Origin: Candidatus Bathyarchaeota archaeon | Lineage (GTDB): Archaea > Thermoproteota > Bathyarchaeia > Bathyarchaeales > Bathycorpusculaceae | Assembly: GCA_963815095.1 (NCBI GenBank) | Contig: CAWFFH010000003.1 | Span: forward strand, 320,001-384,000 | Reading direction: 5' to 3' | DNA: 64,000 nt | Part shown: positions 17,597 through 28,120 of the stretch, piece by piece | How the letters are laid out: each line of letters starts with the position of its first letter | How positions within the stretch are numbered: the stretch's first letter is position 1 | Program-made: the position numbers and the translations under genes | The notes under the pieces: model-generated | Told to the model about the DNA's origin: nothing | The model's input: only the letters and a program-made list of their open reading frames with translations | Databases searched by the model: none

Positions 17597-18688
17597 ATGG
17601 CAGAAAAAACAGGCAAACGCAAAGAAGATCACATAAGGATCTGCTTAGGAAACCAATCTCAAGCCAAAAACGCCACAGCTGGCTTCGAAGACATTCAATT
17701 CGTTCACCGAGCTTTGCCAGAAGTAGACAAAGCCAAAATCAACCTTTCAACCTCTTTTCTTGGCAAAAAATTCTCTGCACCCATAATAGTTGGTGCCATG
17801 ACAGGCGGAACCGAACAAGCTACTCACATTAATTCATCTATCGCCCAAGCCGTAGAAAAACTTGGGTTAGGCATGGGCGTTGGTAGCCAAAGAGCAGCCA
17901 TCGAAGACCAAAAACTCGAAGAAACCTACTCGATAACACGGAAAATGGCGCCAAACGCCTTCTTAATCGCCAACATCGGCGGAGTCCAACTCGTTCACGG
18001 CTACGGCCTAAAAGAAGTCCGAAAAGTTGTTGAAATGATAGATGCTGACGCCGTGGCAGTACATTTGAATGCGTTACAGGAAGCGGTTCAGCCTGAAGGT
18101 CAAACTAACTTTAAGGGCGTTCTGGCCAAAATCGCAGAAATCGCAGGCGCACTCGATACGCCAGTGATTGTTAAGGAGACAGGGGCAGGGATTTCAGCTG
18201 AAGATGCTAAAGCGCTTGAAGAAGCGGGTGTGAAAGCTATTGATGTGGGCGGCGTCGGAGGGACAAGTTTTGCAGCAGTCGAATACTATCGCTCTTCAAT
18301 AAAACAGAATTTGTCGGGGGAAGCATTCTGGGATTGGGGCATCCCAACCGCAGTCAGCTTGATAGAAACGGTACAAACCGTAAAGCTACCCGTGATTGCT
18401 TCAGGGGGTTTGCGATGCGGCACCGATGTAGCTAAAGCCTTAGCGCTTAATGCTTCTTTAGCTAGCATTTCCCAACCTATACTTCAAGCCGCAGTGAAAG
18501 GACCAGAAAAGACCGAGGATAAACTTTCAAGTTTAATCGAGGAATTACGCAACGCCCTATTCCTTGTGGGCGCAGAAAAAATAACTGATTTAGCCAAGAC
18601 GCCAGTCGTTATTACAGGTAAAACTGGGGAGTGGCTACAAGCAAGAGGTTTTAACTTGCAAAAATACGCCAAAAGAGGAGTACACTAA
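17597..18688 (+). CDS. fni: Type 2 isopentenyl-diphosphate delta-isomerase
   Basis: RKEDHI, MTGG, GSQR, HLNALQEAVQPEG and GGTS motifs. Confidence 0.95.
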   Translation: MAEKTGKRKEDHIRICLGNQSQAKNATAGFEDIQFVHRALPEVDKAKINLSTSFLGKKFSAPIIVGAMTGGTEQATHINSSIAQAVEKLGLGMGVGSQRAAIEDQKLEETYSITRKMAPNAFLIANIGGVQLVHGYGLKEVRKVVEMIDADAVAVHLNALQEAVQPEGQTNFKGVLAKIAEIAGALDTPVIVKETGAGISAEDAKALEEAGVKAIDVGGVGGTSFAAVEYYRSSIKQNLSGEAFWDWGIPTAVSLIETVQTVKLPVIASGGLRCGTDVAKALALNASLASISQPILQAAVKGPEKTEDKLSSLIEELRNALFLVGAEKITDLAKTPVVITGKTGEWLQARGFNLQKYAKRGVH

Positions 18689-18689
18689 A

Positions 18690-19760
18690 GTGGATATTGA
18701 AAAGTTTCTCGAAGAAACCGCACCCCTAATCGATAAAGCCATCGAAAAATATATCCCAAGAAAATTCACCAAAGACGCAGTTCTTTTCAAAGTTAACCCT
18801 CCCATGTACAGCTACACTCTGGAGCCTCTCAACAAGGCAATTGCTGATCCAATCTGGGACATGCTTGACCGTGGCGGAAAAAGGTGGCGCCCAGCGCTTT
18901 TCCTTCTCATATGTGAGGCTCTTGGCAAAAAATCGAACCACTTTGTAGATTTCTCAATTATTCCCGAAGTCATACATAACGGAACATTAGTCATCGACGA
19001 CATCGAAGACTCCTCCGAAATACGCCGAGGCAAACCCTGCACCTACAAGATTTTCCAAATGGACATCGCGGTCAACGCAGGAAACGCCATGTACTACCTC
19101 CCGCTTCTGCCGTTGATGGAGCAAAGAACAAAAATTTCAGCCGACATGCAGCGGGACGTTTACGAGATTTACGTGCAGGAAATGATTAATTTGAGCATGG
19201 GGCAAGCCATGGACATCGCTTGGCACAGAGGCATTGCAAACGCCGATTCACTAAGCGAAGAAGATTACCTTCAGATGTGCGCTTACAAAACTGGAACTCT
19301 AGCACGTATGGCTGCTAAGATGGCGGCAGTTCTTGGAGAAGCAGAACCCAAACTTGTAGAAAAGCTCGGTCGGTTTGCAGAATCCATCGGCGTCGCTTTC
19401 CAAATGCAAGACGACATTCTAGATTTAACGGGACAAGAGTTTGCAAAGAGCAAAGGTTGCGTTGGAGGGGACATTACCGAGGGCAAGCGTTCGCTCTTGG
19501 TAATTTATACTCTCAAAGTAGCCAAACCCATAGACAAAAAACGTCTAATCGAAATTCTCAACTTACACACTTCCGACCAAAAACTCCGAGACGAAGCCAT
19601 ATCACTCATGCAGAAATACAATGCTATGGAACATGTCAAACAAACTGCGGAGCGGATGGTTATGGACAGCTGGAATGAAGCAGAAAAGCTTCTGCCAACA
19701 CCCCAAGCTAAGGAAAAATTAAAAGCGTTCGCCGAATTCTTGATTAAACGAAACAAGTAA
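18690..19760 (+). CDS. Polyprenyl (geranylgeranyl) diphosphate synthase
   Basis: GGKRWRP, DDIED..RRG, KT and FQMQDDILD motifs. Confidence 0.93.
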   Translation: MDIEKFLEETAPLIDKAIEKYIPRKFTKDAVLFKVNPPMYSYTLEPLNKAIADPIWDMLDRGGKRWRPALFLLICEALGKKSNHFVDFSIIPEVIHNGTLVIDDIEDSSEIRRGKPCTYKIFQMDIAVNAGNAMYYLPLLPLMEQRTKISADMQRDVYEIYVQEMINLSMGQAMDIAWHRGIANADSLSEEDYLQMCAYKTGTLARMAAKMAAVLGEAEPKLVEKLGRFAESIGVAFQMQDDILDLTGQEFAKSKGCVGGDITEGKRSLLVIYTLKVAKPIDKKRLIEILNLHTSDQKLRDEAISLMQKYNAMEHVKQTAERMVMDSWNEAEKLLPTPQAKEKLKAFAEFLIKRNK

Positions 19761-19782
19761 CCTTTCAGCGAGCGTAAATGAT

Positions 19783-21535
19783 TTGGCATTAGAAAACGAT
19801 AATGAATTACGAGAGTTTATTCGAAAAGCCGCCTTGCTAAACGCAGTTAGTCATGATGGGAAAGCGCAGGCAGGAGCAATGGTTGGAAAAATTCTTGGTG
19901 AAAAAGCTGAACTTAGAAGCCGCGTCAAGGAGCTTTCAGGCGTAATTAACGTTGTCGTGAATGAAGTTAACAGTTTATCAGTTTCTGAACAGAAGGCTAT
20001 TGTAGAATCAAATTGGCCTGAAACCCAAAAGAAAGAGAAGGCTGAAGAGAAACATCTGCCGCCGTTACCCAACGCTGACAAATACTCAAAAATCGTCACG
20101 CGCTTCTCACCAAACCCCGATTGTGTACTGCACTTGGGTTCGGCGCGAGCCATATTACTCAGCCACGAGTACGCCCGCATATACAATGGCAAATTCATCC
20201 TGCGCTTTGAGGACACCGACCCCAAAATCAAAAAACCCTCATTAAAGTTCTACGATAGCATCCGCCAAGATTTGAAGTGGCTAGGCTGTACAATCGATGA
20301 GGAATATATCCAAAGCGACCGACTCCTCATATACTACGAATACACAGAGAAACTCATTGGAGACGGCAACGCATACGTTTGCGAATGTATTCCTGAAGTT
20401 TTTCGCAAAATGACTATTGCTAAGCAGGCCTGTCCATGCAGAGATTTGCCAGCCTCCGAAAACTTGGAACGTTGGCACCGCATGCTAAACGGCGGATACA
20501 TGGAAGGACAAGCGGTAGTTCGAGTGAAAACTGACCTTGAAAACCCCAACCCAGCCGTCCGTGACTGGCCCGCACTGCGCATTATTGACACTAAGAAGTA
20601 TCCACATCCTCGTGTTGGAAGTAAATACATCGTTTGGCCCCTTTACAATCTTAGCCGCAGGCATAGACGACCATCTAATGGGCATGACCCACATCATCCG
20701 CGGCAAAGAACACTACACCAACATGGTCCGCCAAAAATACATGTACCAATACCTCGGTTGGGAATACCCCGAAGCCATCCATTACGGCAGACTAAAAATC
20801 ACCGGCGCTGACTTGAGCAAATCCAAAATCGTGGCGGGAATAAAAGCAGGCACCTACCATGGCTTCGATGATCCAAGACTGGGTACATTCGCGGCTTTGA
20901 GAAAACGAGGTATAACCCCGGAAGCTATCAAGAAAATGATAATTGAAGTAGGCATAAAACCAAACGATGTCACCTTGAGTTGGGAGAACCTGTTTTCATA
21001 CAATCGTAAAATCCTCGATACCACCAGCAACCGGTACTTCTTCGTAGCCCAACCATTCGAACTCAAGGTAACAGGATTACCAAAAACTTTCGAAACCAAA
21101 CTTCCATTGCACCCCGAAAACCCAGAGTATGGATCCAGGAAATACATCGTAATGCCCCAAGAAGATGACAAAGCAGCAAGTTTTTGGGTGTCTAAGAAAG
21201 ATGCAGAAATGATGGAGTCTGAGAAAGTTTTCAGGTTAATGGAACTCTTTAACGTCAAAATTGAAGGTAAAGCCGAAAACTCGGTTACCGCCAAGTTCGC
21301 CAGTGAATCCTATGAAGATGTCAAAAAATTCAAAGTCCAACTTATCCAGTGGATACCCAAAGGAACCGAGTTCCCAGCTCAAGTGGTTATGCCTGATGCT
21401 TCAGTTGCCGAAGGGTTTGCTGAATCGGACTGCAAAAAGTTAAAGCCAGACGCGATCATACAGTTTGAACGCTTCGGATTCGTACGGGTAAACGAAGTTG
21501 GCGAGAAATTAATCGCCTATTACGCACACAAATAA
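19783..21535 (+). CDS. gltX: Glutamate--tRNA ligase, split by a +1 frameshift at ~20653
   Basis: RFSPNP..LHLGS and RFEDTDP in frame 1; GIDDHLMG.THIIRGKEH, LSKS and QFERFGF in frame 2. The halves join as PLYNL/AAGIDDH. Confidence 0.9.
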
Positions 21536-21536
21536 G

Positions 21537-21866
21537 GTGACACATATGAGAAAACTCGATAAAGCAATAATCTGGCCAATCTACTTCGACTGCAATAAAT
21601 CCAGAAAAGACGGACGCCGAGTGCCCAAAACCATTGCAGTTCAATCGCCAAAAATTCTGGAAATAAAAGAAGCTGCAGACAAACTGGGCTTACAAAACGA
21701 AGTTAACCTTGAAGCTCATTTTCCCAAGAATCATTGGGCAAAAACAGGGATGCTACTTGTTGAAAAGAACGAACCTAAAGAGAAGATAATTCAAAAACTT
21801 GCCAAGCAACTATTAAAAATTAAAAGCCAGCAACAAATGCCGCCAGCAAACTTTAAAAAACATTAA
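21537..21866 (+). CDS. srp19: Signal recognition particle subunit SRP19
   Basis: IIWPIYFD..KSRKDGRRVPK..AV.SP motif. Confidence 0.93.
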   Translation: MTHMRKLDKAIIWPIYFDCNKSRKDGRRVPKTIAVQSPKILEIKEAADKLGLQNEVNLEAHFPKNHWAKTGMLLVEKNEPKEKIIQKLAKQLLKIKSQQQMPPANFKKH

Positions 21867-21872
21867 AAAAAA

Positions 21873-22265
21873 TTAGGCTTTTTCTTTGGTTATGAGTACA
21901 GCGTTGATTACGCCGTCGCTGCCTGGTCGGCTGGTAACTTTCGCTAATCCCAATGCAGTTTCGATTTCAGCGCCTTTAGTGATTACTCCTCTACGATTGT
22001 AATCAACGTTAGCACCGTTTTTAACAACTCTTGTGATTGCGGTTTTTTCAGCTTTGCCGCTTTTAGGGTCAGTTACGGAAGCGAATTTTTCGGCTAGAAC
22101 CTTGATTTTGCAGATGCCGCCCATACCGCGGGTGGTCTTGCGTCTTGGTTCACCAAGAGTTGTTTCTGCTGGAAAGCCGCCTGCCTCATATTTCTTCTTG
22201 CTACGGTAAGCTCTTTTTTTGCCGCCTGAAAGTTTTCTTTTGCGTAAACTGCTATGAGTAGACAT
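21873..22265 (-). CDS. rps8e: 30S ribosomal protein S8e
   Basis: RK.SGG, ITKGA.IET..G.A.VTSRPG.DG.INAV. Confidence 0.96.
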   Translation of the reverse strand: MSTHSSLRKRKLSGGKKRAYRSKKKYEAGGFPAETTLGEPRRKTTRGMGGICKIKVLAEKFASVTDPKSGKAEKTAITRVVKNGANVDYNRRGVITKGAEIETALGLAKVTSRPGSDGVINAVLITKEKA

Positions 22266-22490
22266 AATCTACATATCCTTAATTCGAGTAGCAACTAAAA
22301 CCGTAGATTTCAATATAAATGTATCCATTAATAGACCAAACTCCAGTGTCTTGTCAGGGTTTTTGTAGTACTAATAGTCGAAAACTCTCATTACCGCAAC
22401 ATAAAACAAATCGCCTTACAAATTGCGTTTTCTGGTTTAATTAAGTTTAAATTGATTTCTGACAGTGCAAGTTCTGTCATCAGATGCAGC

Positions 22491-23156
22491 CTATGTTTGT
22501 TCTGTGTTTTTGTCTGGGTTTTCTTGTTCTGTTTCTTTTTGCAGGCGTTCTACCGCGTCCTCTTTTATGGCTTCTCCGAATATCTTCTTGAGATCCTTCT
22601 TCATGACGGACGTGTCTGTTGTTAAACCGAAGTAGTCAGAGAAGTAATCGGTAGTTTTCAGTGCCAACGTGCGACCACTTCGCTCAGTCATAATTAAGCC
22701 CATGTCCTTGAGCATTTTCACGTGTCCATAAGCATGTTGTCCTCGGACATCGATGACTCTTTTCTGGGAGATCGGCTGGCGGTAAGCGATATAAGAGAGC
22801 GTTTTAAGCGGGCCAGACGAGAGCAAGGGACGATTCACCAGTTTCTTAATCAAATGAGTAAATTCTGCCTTCACTTGCAAAACATAACGCTCATTCTTAA
22901 GAGATAAAATCTCCAAAGCTGTGTTACGTCCGGCATATTCTTTCATGAGTAATTCTATGAAGGTTTGGGTTCTCTTCTTTGAGCGACTTCCTACAACTTG
23001 ACATAACTCGTTTAAATCAAGTGGTCGACCTGCAACGTAGAGGGCTGCCTCTAACAAAGCCAAATGATGAGCTTTTCGATCGTTTTCCTGTGCCTGCTCA
23101 ACCTCAGCACTTGAGGCTGGACTTTGCTCAACTAATGGGTTTTTCGACTTTTCCAA
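22491..23156 (-). CDS. scpB: SMC-Scp complex subunit ScpB
   Basis: LEAALY, LKTLSYIAYRQPI....V..RG and TT..F..YFG motifs. Confidence 0.93.
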   Translation of the reverse strand: MEKSKNPLVEQSPASSAEVEQAQENDRKAHHLALLEAALYVAGRPLDLNELCQVVGSRSKKRTQTFIELLMKEYAGRNTALEILSLKNERYVLQVKAEFTHLIKKLVNRPLLSSGPLKTLSYIAYRQPISQKRVIDVRGQHAYGHVKMLKDMGLIMTERSGRTLALKTTDYFSDYFGLTTDTSVMKKDLKKIFGEAIKEDAVERLQKETEQENPDKNTEQT

Positions 23157-23850
23157 CGTTCAGTTTCCCCACAGCTATGTACAATTCCTCAGTTTCTTCA
23201 TTCTGCCAAAGGCTAACTAAGCCATCTTGCGCAAGGAATAACAAATAAATAAACATACGCAACGCTTCGATGCGTGTAGCGCCTTTGGTTAGGGTCGAGA
23301 AATCAATTATGCCCTGACCGCCCGTTTTCTCAACAAGAATAGCGTACAACTGGTCAACCTGCAACTCGAGTTCCGCAATGAACTTGTCAAATTGAGGCAA
23401 CAAATCCGTGACGGCTGGCAAGACCGGATGCTGTTCAATCACATGTTTTAGGCTTAGGAGTTTTTCGCCCTTCAAAACATCATCTAACACTTCAAGCAGA
23501 TGCTGGATGGTGGTTGAAGTCAATTCATGGCGTAGTGGCAGAAATAGGGGTGGCGGAACAAAATCCGTTGGTACCTTGGGAAGTGCAGTTGGCGGTTCCT
23601 GCAGGGTAAGAAGTAGCTTTGATTTCATTAAATAAATCAAAGCAGAAGAATCCAATGCAACACCTGAAGCGCGGAAATCCACTTTTTCAGGATGCGTTCG
23701 CTCCATCTCGGATAGAAACGACCTCAGCAAATAGGCAATGTTAACGTTCCAAGGAGTAACCTTCTCAAGCTTACTGACCTCAAAGAGGATATTCCAAGGC
23801 GGACGCATATAGAAGGGTCTTCTCATCGGAATTGTCGGTGCAGACGCCAT
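23128..23850 (-). CDS. scpA: Kleisin ScpA
   Basis: PWNVNI, DFRASG.AL..SA..Y.MKS and F..LLFLA..G.V.L.Q motifs; lies between smc and scpB. Confidence 0.88.
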   Translation of the reverse strand: MASAPTIPMRRPFYMRPPWNILFEVSKLEKVTPWNVNIAYLLRSFLSEMERTHPEKVDFRASGVALDSSALIYLMKSKLLLTLQEPPTALPKVPTDFVPPPLFLPLRHELTSTTIQHLLEVLDDVLKGEKLLSLKHVIEQHPVLPAVTDLLPQFDKFIAELELQVDQLYAILVEKTGGQGIIDFSTLTKGATRIEALRMFIYLLFLAQDGLVSLWQNEETEELYIAVGKLNVGKVEKPIS

Positions 23851-26800
23851 TATTTTGGTACCTCCGCCGGGAACTTTGCTGTAACCACATTTGATATGCC
23901 GTTACGCTCATAGACGCCGTAGACTTTTTGGGCTTTGTTAACCATTTCGGGTCGTAGGCTGATGACTATGAACTGGATTTTTCCGGCTTCCTCAAGCAGC
24001 ACTTCAGCGAGCTTGGTTGTGTGGAAAGCGTCTAAGTGGGCGTCAACTTCGTCAAGGATGTAGAAAGATGCTGGCGTGAACTCTTTTAGTGAGAATATGA
24101 AGCTGACTGCTGAAATGGATCGTTCGCCGCCACTAGCTCCACTGACCACAATCGAGGGCTTATTTGGGAACTGAACCACCATGTCTATACCGCCACTGAA
24201 GGGTTCTTCTGGGTTTTCCAACTTAAGCGTGGCTTCTCCTCCACCTGTGAGTTTGGCGAAGTAAACTTTAAGGCTGGCGTTGATTTTTTCGAATGCGCCC
24301 ATGAAAACCTTGCGTTTTTTGGATTCAATCTCATCCATAAACAGCACGATAGCTTGTTTTTCCCGCTCTAACTCATTTAAACGCACGGATAATTCGCGGT
24401 AACGGGAAATCTGCTCCGAATAGTGAGAAGATGCAAGCTGATTTATAGCGCCAATTCTTTCCATTTCAAACTGCATCATTCGAATGGTGGTTTCGGCTTC
24501 CTGAACCTGCCTTGGGTTAGTTTCTAGTGGCTGTTCGTAACCGAATATTCGAAGTTGACCTAGAAGTTGCTGCATCCGTAGCTGGCTTGTTTCGATGCCA
24601 AGTTGAAGCTGGTTTAGAAGCCTCTCTGCCTGCTCATACTCCGAATCCAGCAACCGTAGTTCTGAGTCGATGGAATCAATTTGGGAGGTGAACTTTTTGG
24701 ATTCCTCACGTGCCGAGAAAACAGCCTTCGAGAGGTCAACGCGGCTTTTCTCGAGTTCGTCTGCTTCTTTCTTGATTATGTCCCGTTCCGAAATTGCCTC
24801 AGAAACTTCCTTCTCAAGCTTCCCTTTTTGCTGGTCAATTTTGTCAATTTGAATCTTTGTGTTCTTGTAGCCAATCCGAAGCACCCTGTCGAACTGCGAT
24901 TGATTAGTGGAAATCTCAGTTTGCGCTGAACCCAGTCGTTGGCGTAGGGTGTTTAATTCTTCGCCGATTTTTTCGCGTTGAACCTCGAGTTCTTGGATAT
25001 GTGCGACATCGGTTTTTAATCGGAGCGTCGCGATTTCTGCGTGGATTTTTTCGTGGTTCTTTCGAATAGAGTTGCGTTCGTTTCGATAAACGTCCATGCG
25101 ACCTTTGTATGAAGCTGCTTCACGTTCAAGTTTGCCTCCATACTTTTCTAGGTGGCGAATGTTAAATTGAGTTCTTTTAACGCCCCGTTTTACTCTAATT
25201 ATTTCCCTTTCTAAGGTTGCAACGGATTCTGTTAGCCTTGTAATTGCGATTTTGGTGTACTCAAGTTCTTCTTCGATGCCGACGATGTCAGTGCCCCGCT
25301 GGGTTAAGTGTGTCTGAAGGGCTTTAACTGCCTCATCTAAGCTGGTTAATGCTTTCTCGCTGGGAATTATCGTTGAGAAATCGATTGGTGCACGGTAGTA
25401 GCCGCTTTCAAAAGCTCCTGGCTCATACAAGTCCCCGTTAACCGTTACTGCACGGTATCCCTCGTTCGAGAGTGCAAAAGCTGCTTTGTCGTTTGAAACG
25501 ACCACTGTGTCTCCGAAAACATAGTTAACGGCTAGTGCAAAGGCGTCATCGTACTTCATGAAGCTTGAAAGTGACCCAACTATTCCATCTCGCTTTGGAG
25601 GCGCCTTGTTTTTAATGTTAATTGCGCCCTGAAGTGGGATAATTTTGATCCTACCCAGTTTCATGCGTCTGAGCGTTTCCATACAAGTGAAAGCAATGTC
25701 AATGTCTTTAACGACCAAGGCGTCAAGCCAACCCGTAGCAGCTGCATCAACGGCTTTCTTGAAGCTTTTATCAATCTTTATCAGGTTACGCAGCCTGCCG
25801 TGGATTCCACCGATGGCGCCGACATCGCCCATTTCTTCGATGCCTCGAAGAGCTTTCTCTTCATTAGCGATGGTGGCAGCAAGGTCTCTTTGAGTAGCAA
25901 ACTCGATAACGGCATCTTTAGCGGAACTCGCAATCTTTTCGGCATCGGTGATTTCTTTTTGAACGGTTTCCTTCTGAAGTTTTTTACGTTCAATTGTGTG
26001 CTCAAGATTCTTTAGCTGGGCTTTCTGGTCCTTTTGAACCTGCTCAAGTTCAACTAGAGATTTTTCGATTTCAACTTGACTTGTTTGGAATCTTTCTTTT
26101 CTTACAGATAAATTTTTGATTCTTCCCATACAAAGCCGCAGAGCTGACTTGTCCTGGGTGTATACTGAACGTAAATAGGCAATTCGTTTAACATGACTTT
26201 CAATTTGACCTTCTAAAGCTCTTATCTCCAGGTTGTTGCCGTCAAGTCCACCCCAGAGCTGGGATGTCTCTTGCGCCAAAATGCTGTGTGCCGCTTCTTT
26301 CTCCGCGATTAGGGCTTTAAGTTTTTCATGTTCGCTGCGGAATTGGCGGATTTTTAACCGGTTATCCTTAATTTCATTTCTCAGGTTCTCATGTTGTGCT
26401 AGATTGTTTTCTCTAACACGCTTAAAACTTTCAAGGCTTGATTGCCCGGAACTAATCTTGGTAGCTAACTCAGTAAGCTTAGATTTTAACTCACCGATCC
26501 TTATCTGCACTTTTAGAACTTCAGAGCCGCCTTGCTCTAGACCCTCGCCACTGAGTTTTCGCCAGTCACCCTCAATTTCGTGTCGTTTGCTTCTACGTAG
26601 GTCACGCTGCTCCTTTAGCTTGTCAACCCTTTCCTTTACTTTACCAGTTTGCGTTGTGTTTTCGTTTATTTTTGCGTTCAACTGAGAGATGTCACTTGAG
26701 ATTTTGATAGCTTGGAATTTCTTGGTTTCAGTTTGGATGAAGTTGTACCGTAAAAGTTGGTTGCGTTCTCGTTCGAGGTCGTCGAGTCGTTTTTGGACTT

Positions 26801-27401
26801 CATCAATTCTGCCCATGGCGGTCCGAATTGAAATGTCCGCAGCGCGAAGTTTTTCTTCTGCTTCAGTTTTCTCGTTGTCATATTGGGCTATGCCTATGAG
26901 GTCTTCGATGATTTTTCTTCTTTCGATTGAGTTTAGGTCGGTTAATCGTGTGATTGTGCCCTGAGGAATGATGTTTTGGCTCATGCTACTTATTGCAGCC
27001 ATTGACAGAGTTTCAGTGATGTGAGTGCGTGACATTCTGCGCCCGTTTAATCTGTAAACGCTCTGTCCATTGCGGTAAACCTCGCGAGAAATTGTCACAG
27101 TGGTAGTATCAACGGGCATTATACCGTCAGAATTATCGAATTGAACCACTACTTTGGCCATTTTAGCTTTTTCTTGCCCCGCCTTTTCTGAACCGTGAAA
27201 GATGAGTTTGGCAGAGTTTTCTGCCCGGAGCCTTTTAGTGCTAAGTTCCCCTAGCGAAAAAAGTAATGCATCCATAATGTTGGTTTTGCCGCTCCCGTTG
27301 GGTCCAGTTATTGCTGTAAAACCCTTATCAAGGTTCACCTTAACTGTTTGTGGCCCAAAAGACTTAAAGCCTTTTAATTCGATTTTTTTAATGTAGGGCA
27401 T
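23850..27401 (-). CDS. smc: Chromosome segregation protein SMC
   Basis: GFKSF, Walker A GPNGSGKT, hinge domain, SGGE signature, LDEVDAHLD. Confidence 0.97.
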   Translation of the reverse strand: MPYIKKIELKGFKSFGPQTVKVNLDKGFTAITGPNGSGKTNIMDALLFSLGELSTKRLRAENSAKLIFHGSEKAGQEKAKMAKVVVQFDNSDGIMPVDTTTVTISREVYRNGQSVYRLNGRRMSRTHITETLSMAAISSMSQNIIPQGTITRLTDLNSIERRKIIEDLIGIAQYDNEKTEAEEKLRAADISIRTAMGRIDEVQKRLDDLERERNQLLRYNFIQTETKKFQAIKISSDISQLNAKINENTTQTGKVKERVDKLKEQRDLRRSKRHEIEGDWRKLSGEGLEQGGSEVLKVQIRIGELKSKLTELATKISSGQSSLESFKRVRENNLAQHENLRNEIKDNRLKIRQFRSEHEKLKALIAEKEAAHSILAQETSQLWGGLDGNNLEIRALEGQIESHVKRIAYLRSVYTQDKSALRLCMGRIKNLSVRKERFQTSQVEIEKSLVELEQVQKDQKAQLKNLEHTIERKKLQKETVQKEITDAEKIASSAKDAVIEFATQRDLAATIANEEKALRGIEEMGDVGAIGGIHGRLRNLIKIDKSFKKAVDAAATGWLDALVVKDIDIAFTCMETLRRMKLGRIKIIPLQGAINIKNKAPPKRDGIVGSLSSFMKYDDAFALAVNYVFGDTVVVSNDKAAFALSNEGYRAVTVNGDLYEPGAFESGYYRAPIDFSTIIPSEKALTSLDEAVKALQTHLTQRGTDIVGIEEELEYTKIAITRLTESVATLEREIIRVKRGVKRTQFNIRHLEKYGGKLEREAASYKGRMDVYRNERNSIRKNHEKIHAEIATLRLKTDVAHIQELEVQREKIGEELNTLRQRLGSAQTEISTNQSQFDRVLRIGYKNTKIQIDKIDQQKGKLEKEVSEAISERDIIKKEADELEKSRVDLSKAVFSAREESKKFTSQIDSIDSELRLLDSEYEQAERLLNQLQLGIETSQLRMQQLLGQLRIFGYEQPLETNPRQVQEAETTIRMMQFEMERIGAINQLASSHYSEQISRYRELSVRLNELEREKQAIVLFMDEIESKKRKVFMGAFEKINASLKVYFAKLTGGGEATLKLENPEEPFSGGIDMVVQFPNKPSIVVSGASGGERSISAVSFIFSLKEFTPASFYILDEVDAHLDAFHTTKLAEVLLEEAGKIQFIVISLRPEMVNKAQKVYGVYERNGISNVVTAKFPAEVPK

Positions 27402-27706
27402 TTAGTCTTTATCCTCTCGGAAGCAGTTATTTTCTTTTTAACATCTCTCAGCAACATACGTATAAAAGCTTATAGCGTTTCTTCTGCGTTTATACACTAT
27501 CGCTACGATCAGTATCTTATATATTTGATGACTTTTTAGGTTTTTGCGAAAAATGGCTGTTAACCAGTAACATCTAACAAATTCCATGTTTTAATGAATC
27601 GATAGTTAGAATTAGAAATTCATAAGCTTTTACTTGCTTTCATTGCACTTTAACTCATCAGCTCCAAGGCACGATCATGACTAGCTAGGGCACGAACTAA
27701 GGATGA

Positions 27707-28120
27707 ATGAAAGTGAGTAAAAGAAAACGCGAAGAAAAATTTAGTGCAATCCTGCTAGAGGCTATTGATGAAGCATTTTCCACCTTGGGAAATAGAGCAA
27801 AATCATCGATATACCTCCATCTTGAGAGTAAATTTGCGATTTCAAAGCAGGATATACCTGAAAGAGTTGGCGATTTTTCTGAGGCTTTGGAACAAATTTT
27901 TGGGTTAGCTGCCCCAAAACTTGAGATTTTAATTATGAAATGTCTAAATGAAAAGGTTAAATGCACCTATAATTGGGTTGGGCCAAAATGGTTAGTTCCG
28001 GATTTAACCTTCTCAAAATATGTGAAGTTGATGGAGCTTGGGTGTGAAGAGACAGAGAAAATTGGGGAAGTAGAGGTGATACTTGACGTTGGAGAAAAGC
28101 CAGAGCAACAAACACGATGA
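27707..28120 (+). CDS. DUF3227-like archaeal signalling output-domain protein
   Basis: EAIDEAFS.LG......IY.HLE..F.I....IP.....FS.ALE.IFG.AA..LE pattern; precedes the histidine kinase. Confidence 0.7.
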   Translation: MKVSKRKREEKFSAILLEAIDEAFSTLGNRAKSSIYLHLESKFAISKQDIPERVGDFSEALEQIFGLAAPKLEILIMKCLNEKVKCTYNWVGPKWLVPDLTFSKYVKLMELGCEETEKIGEVEVILDVGEKPEQQTR

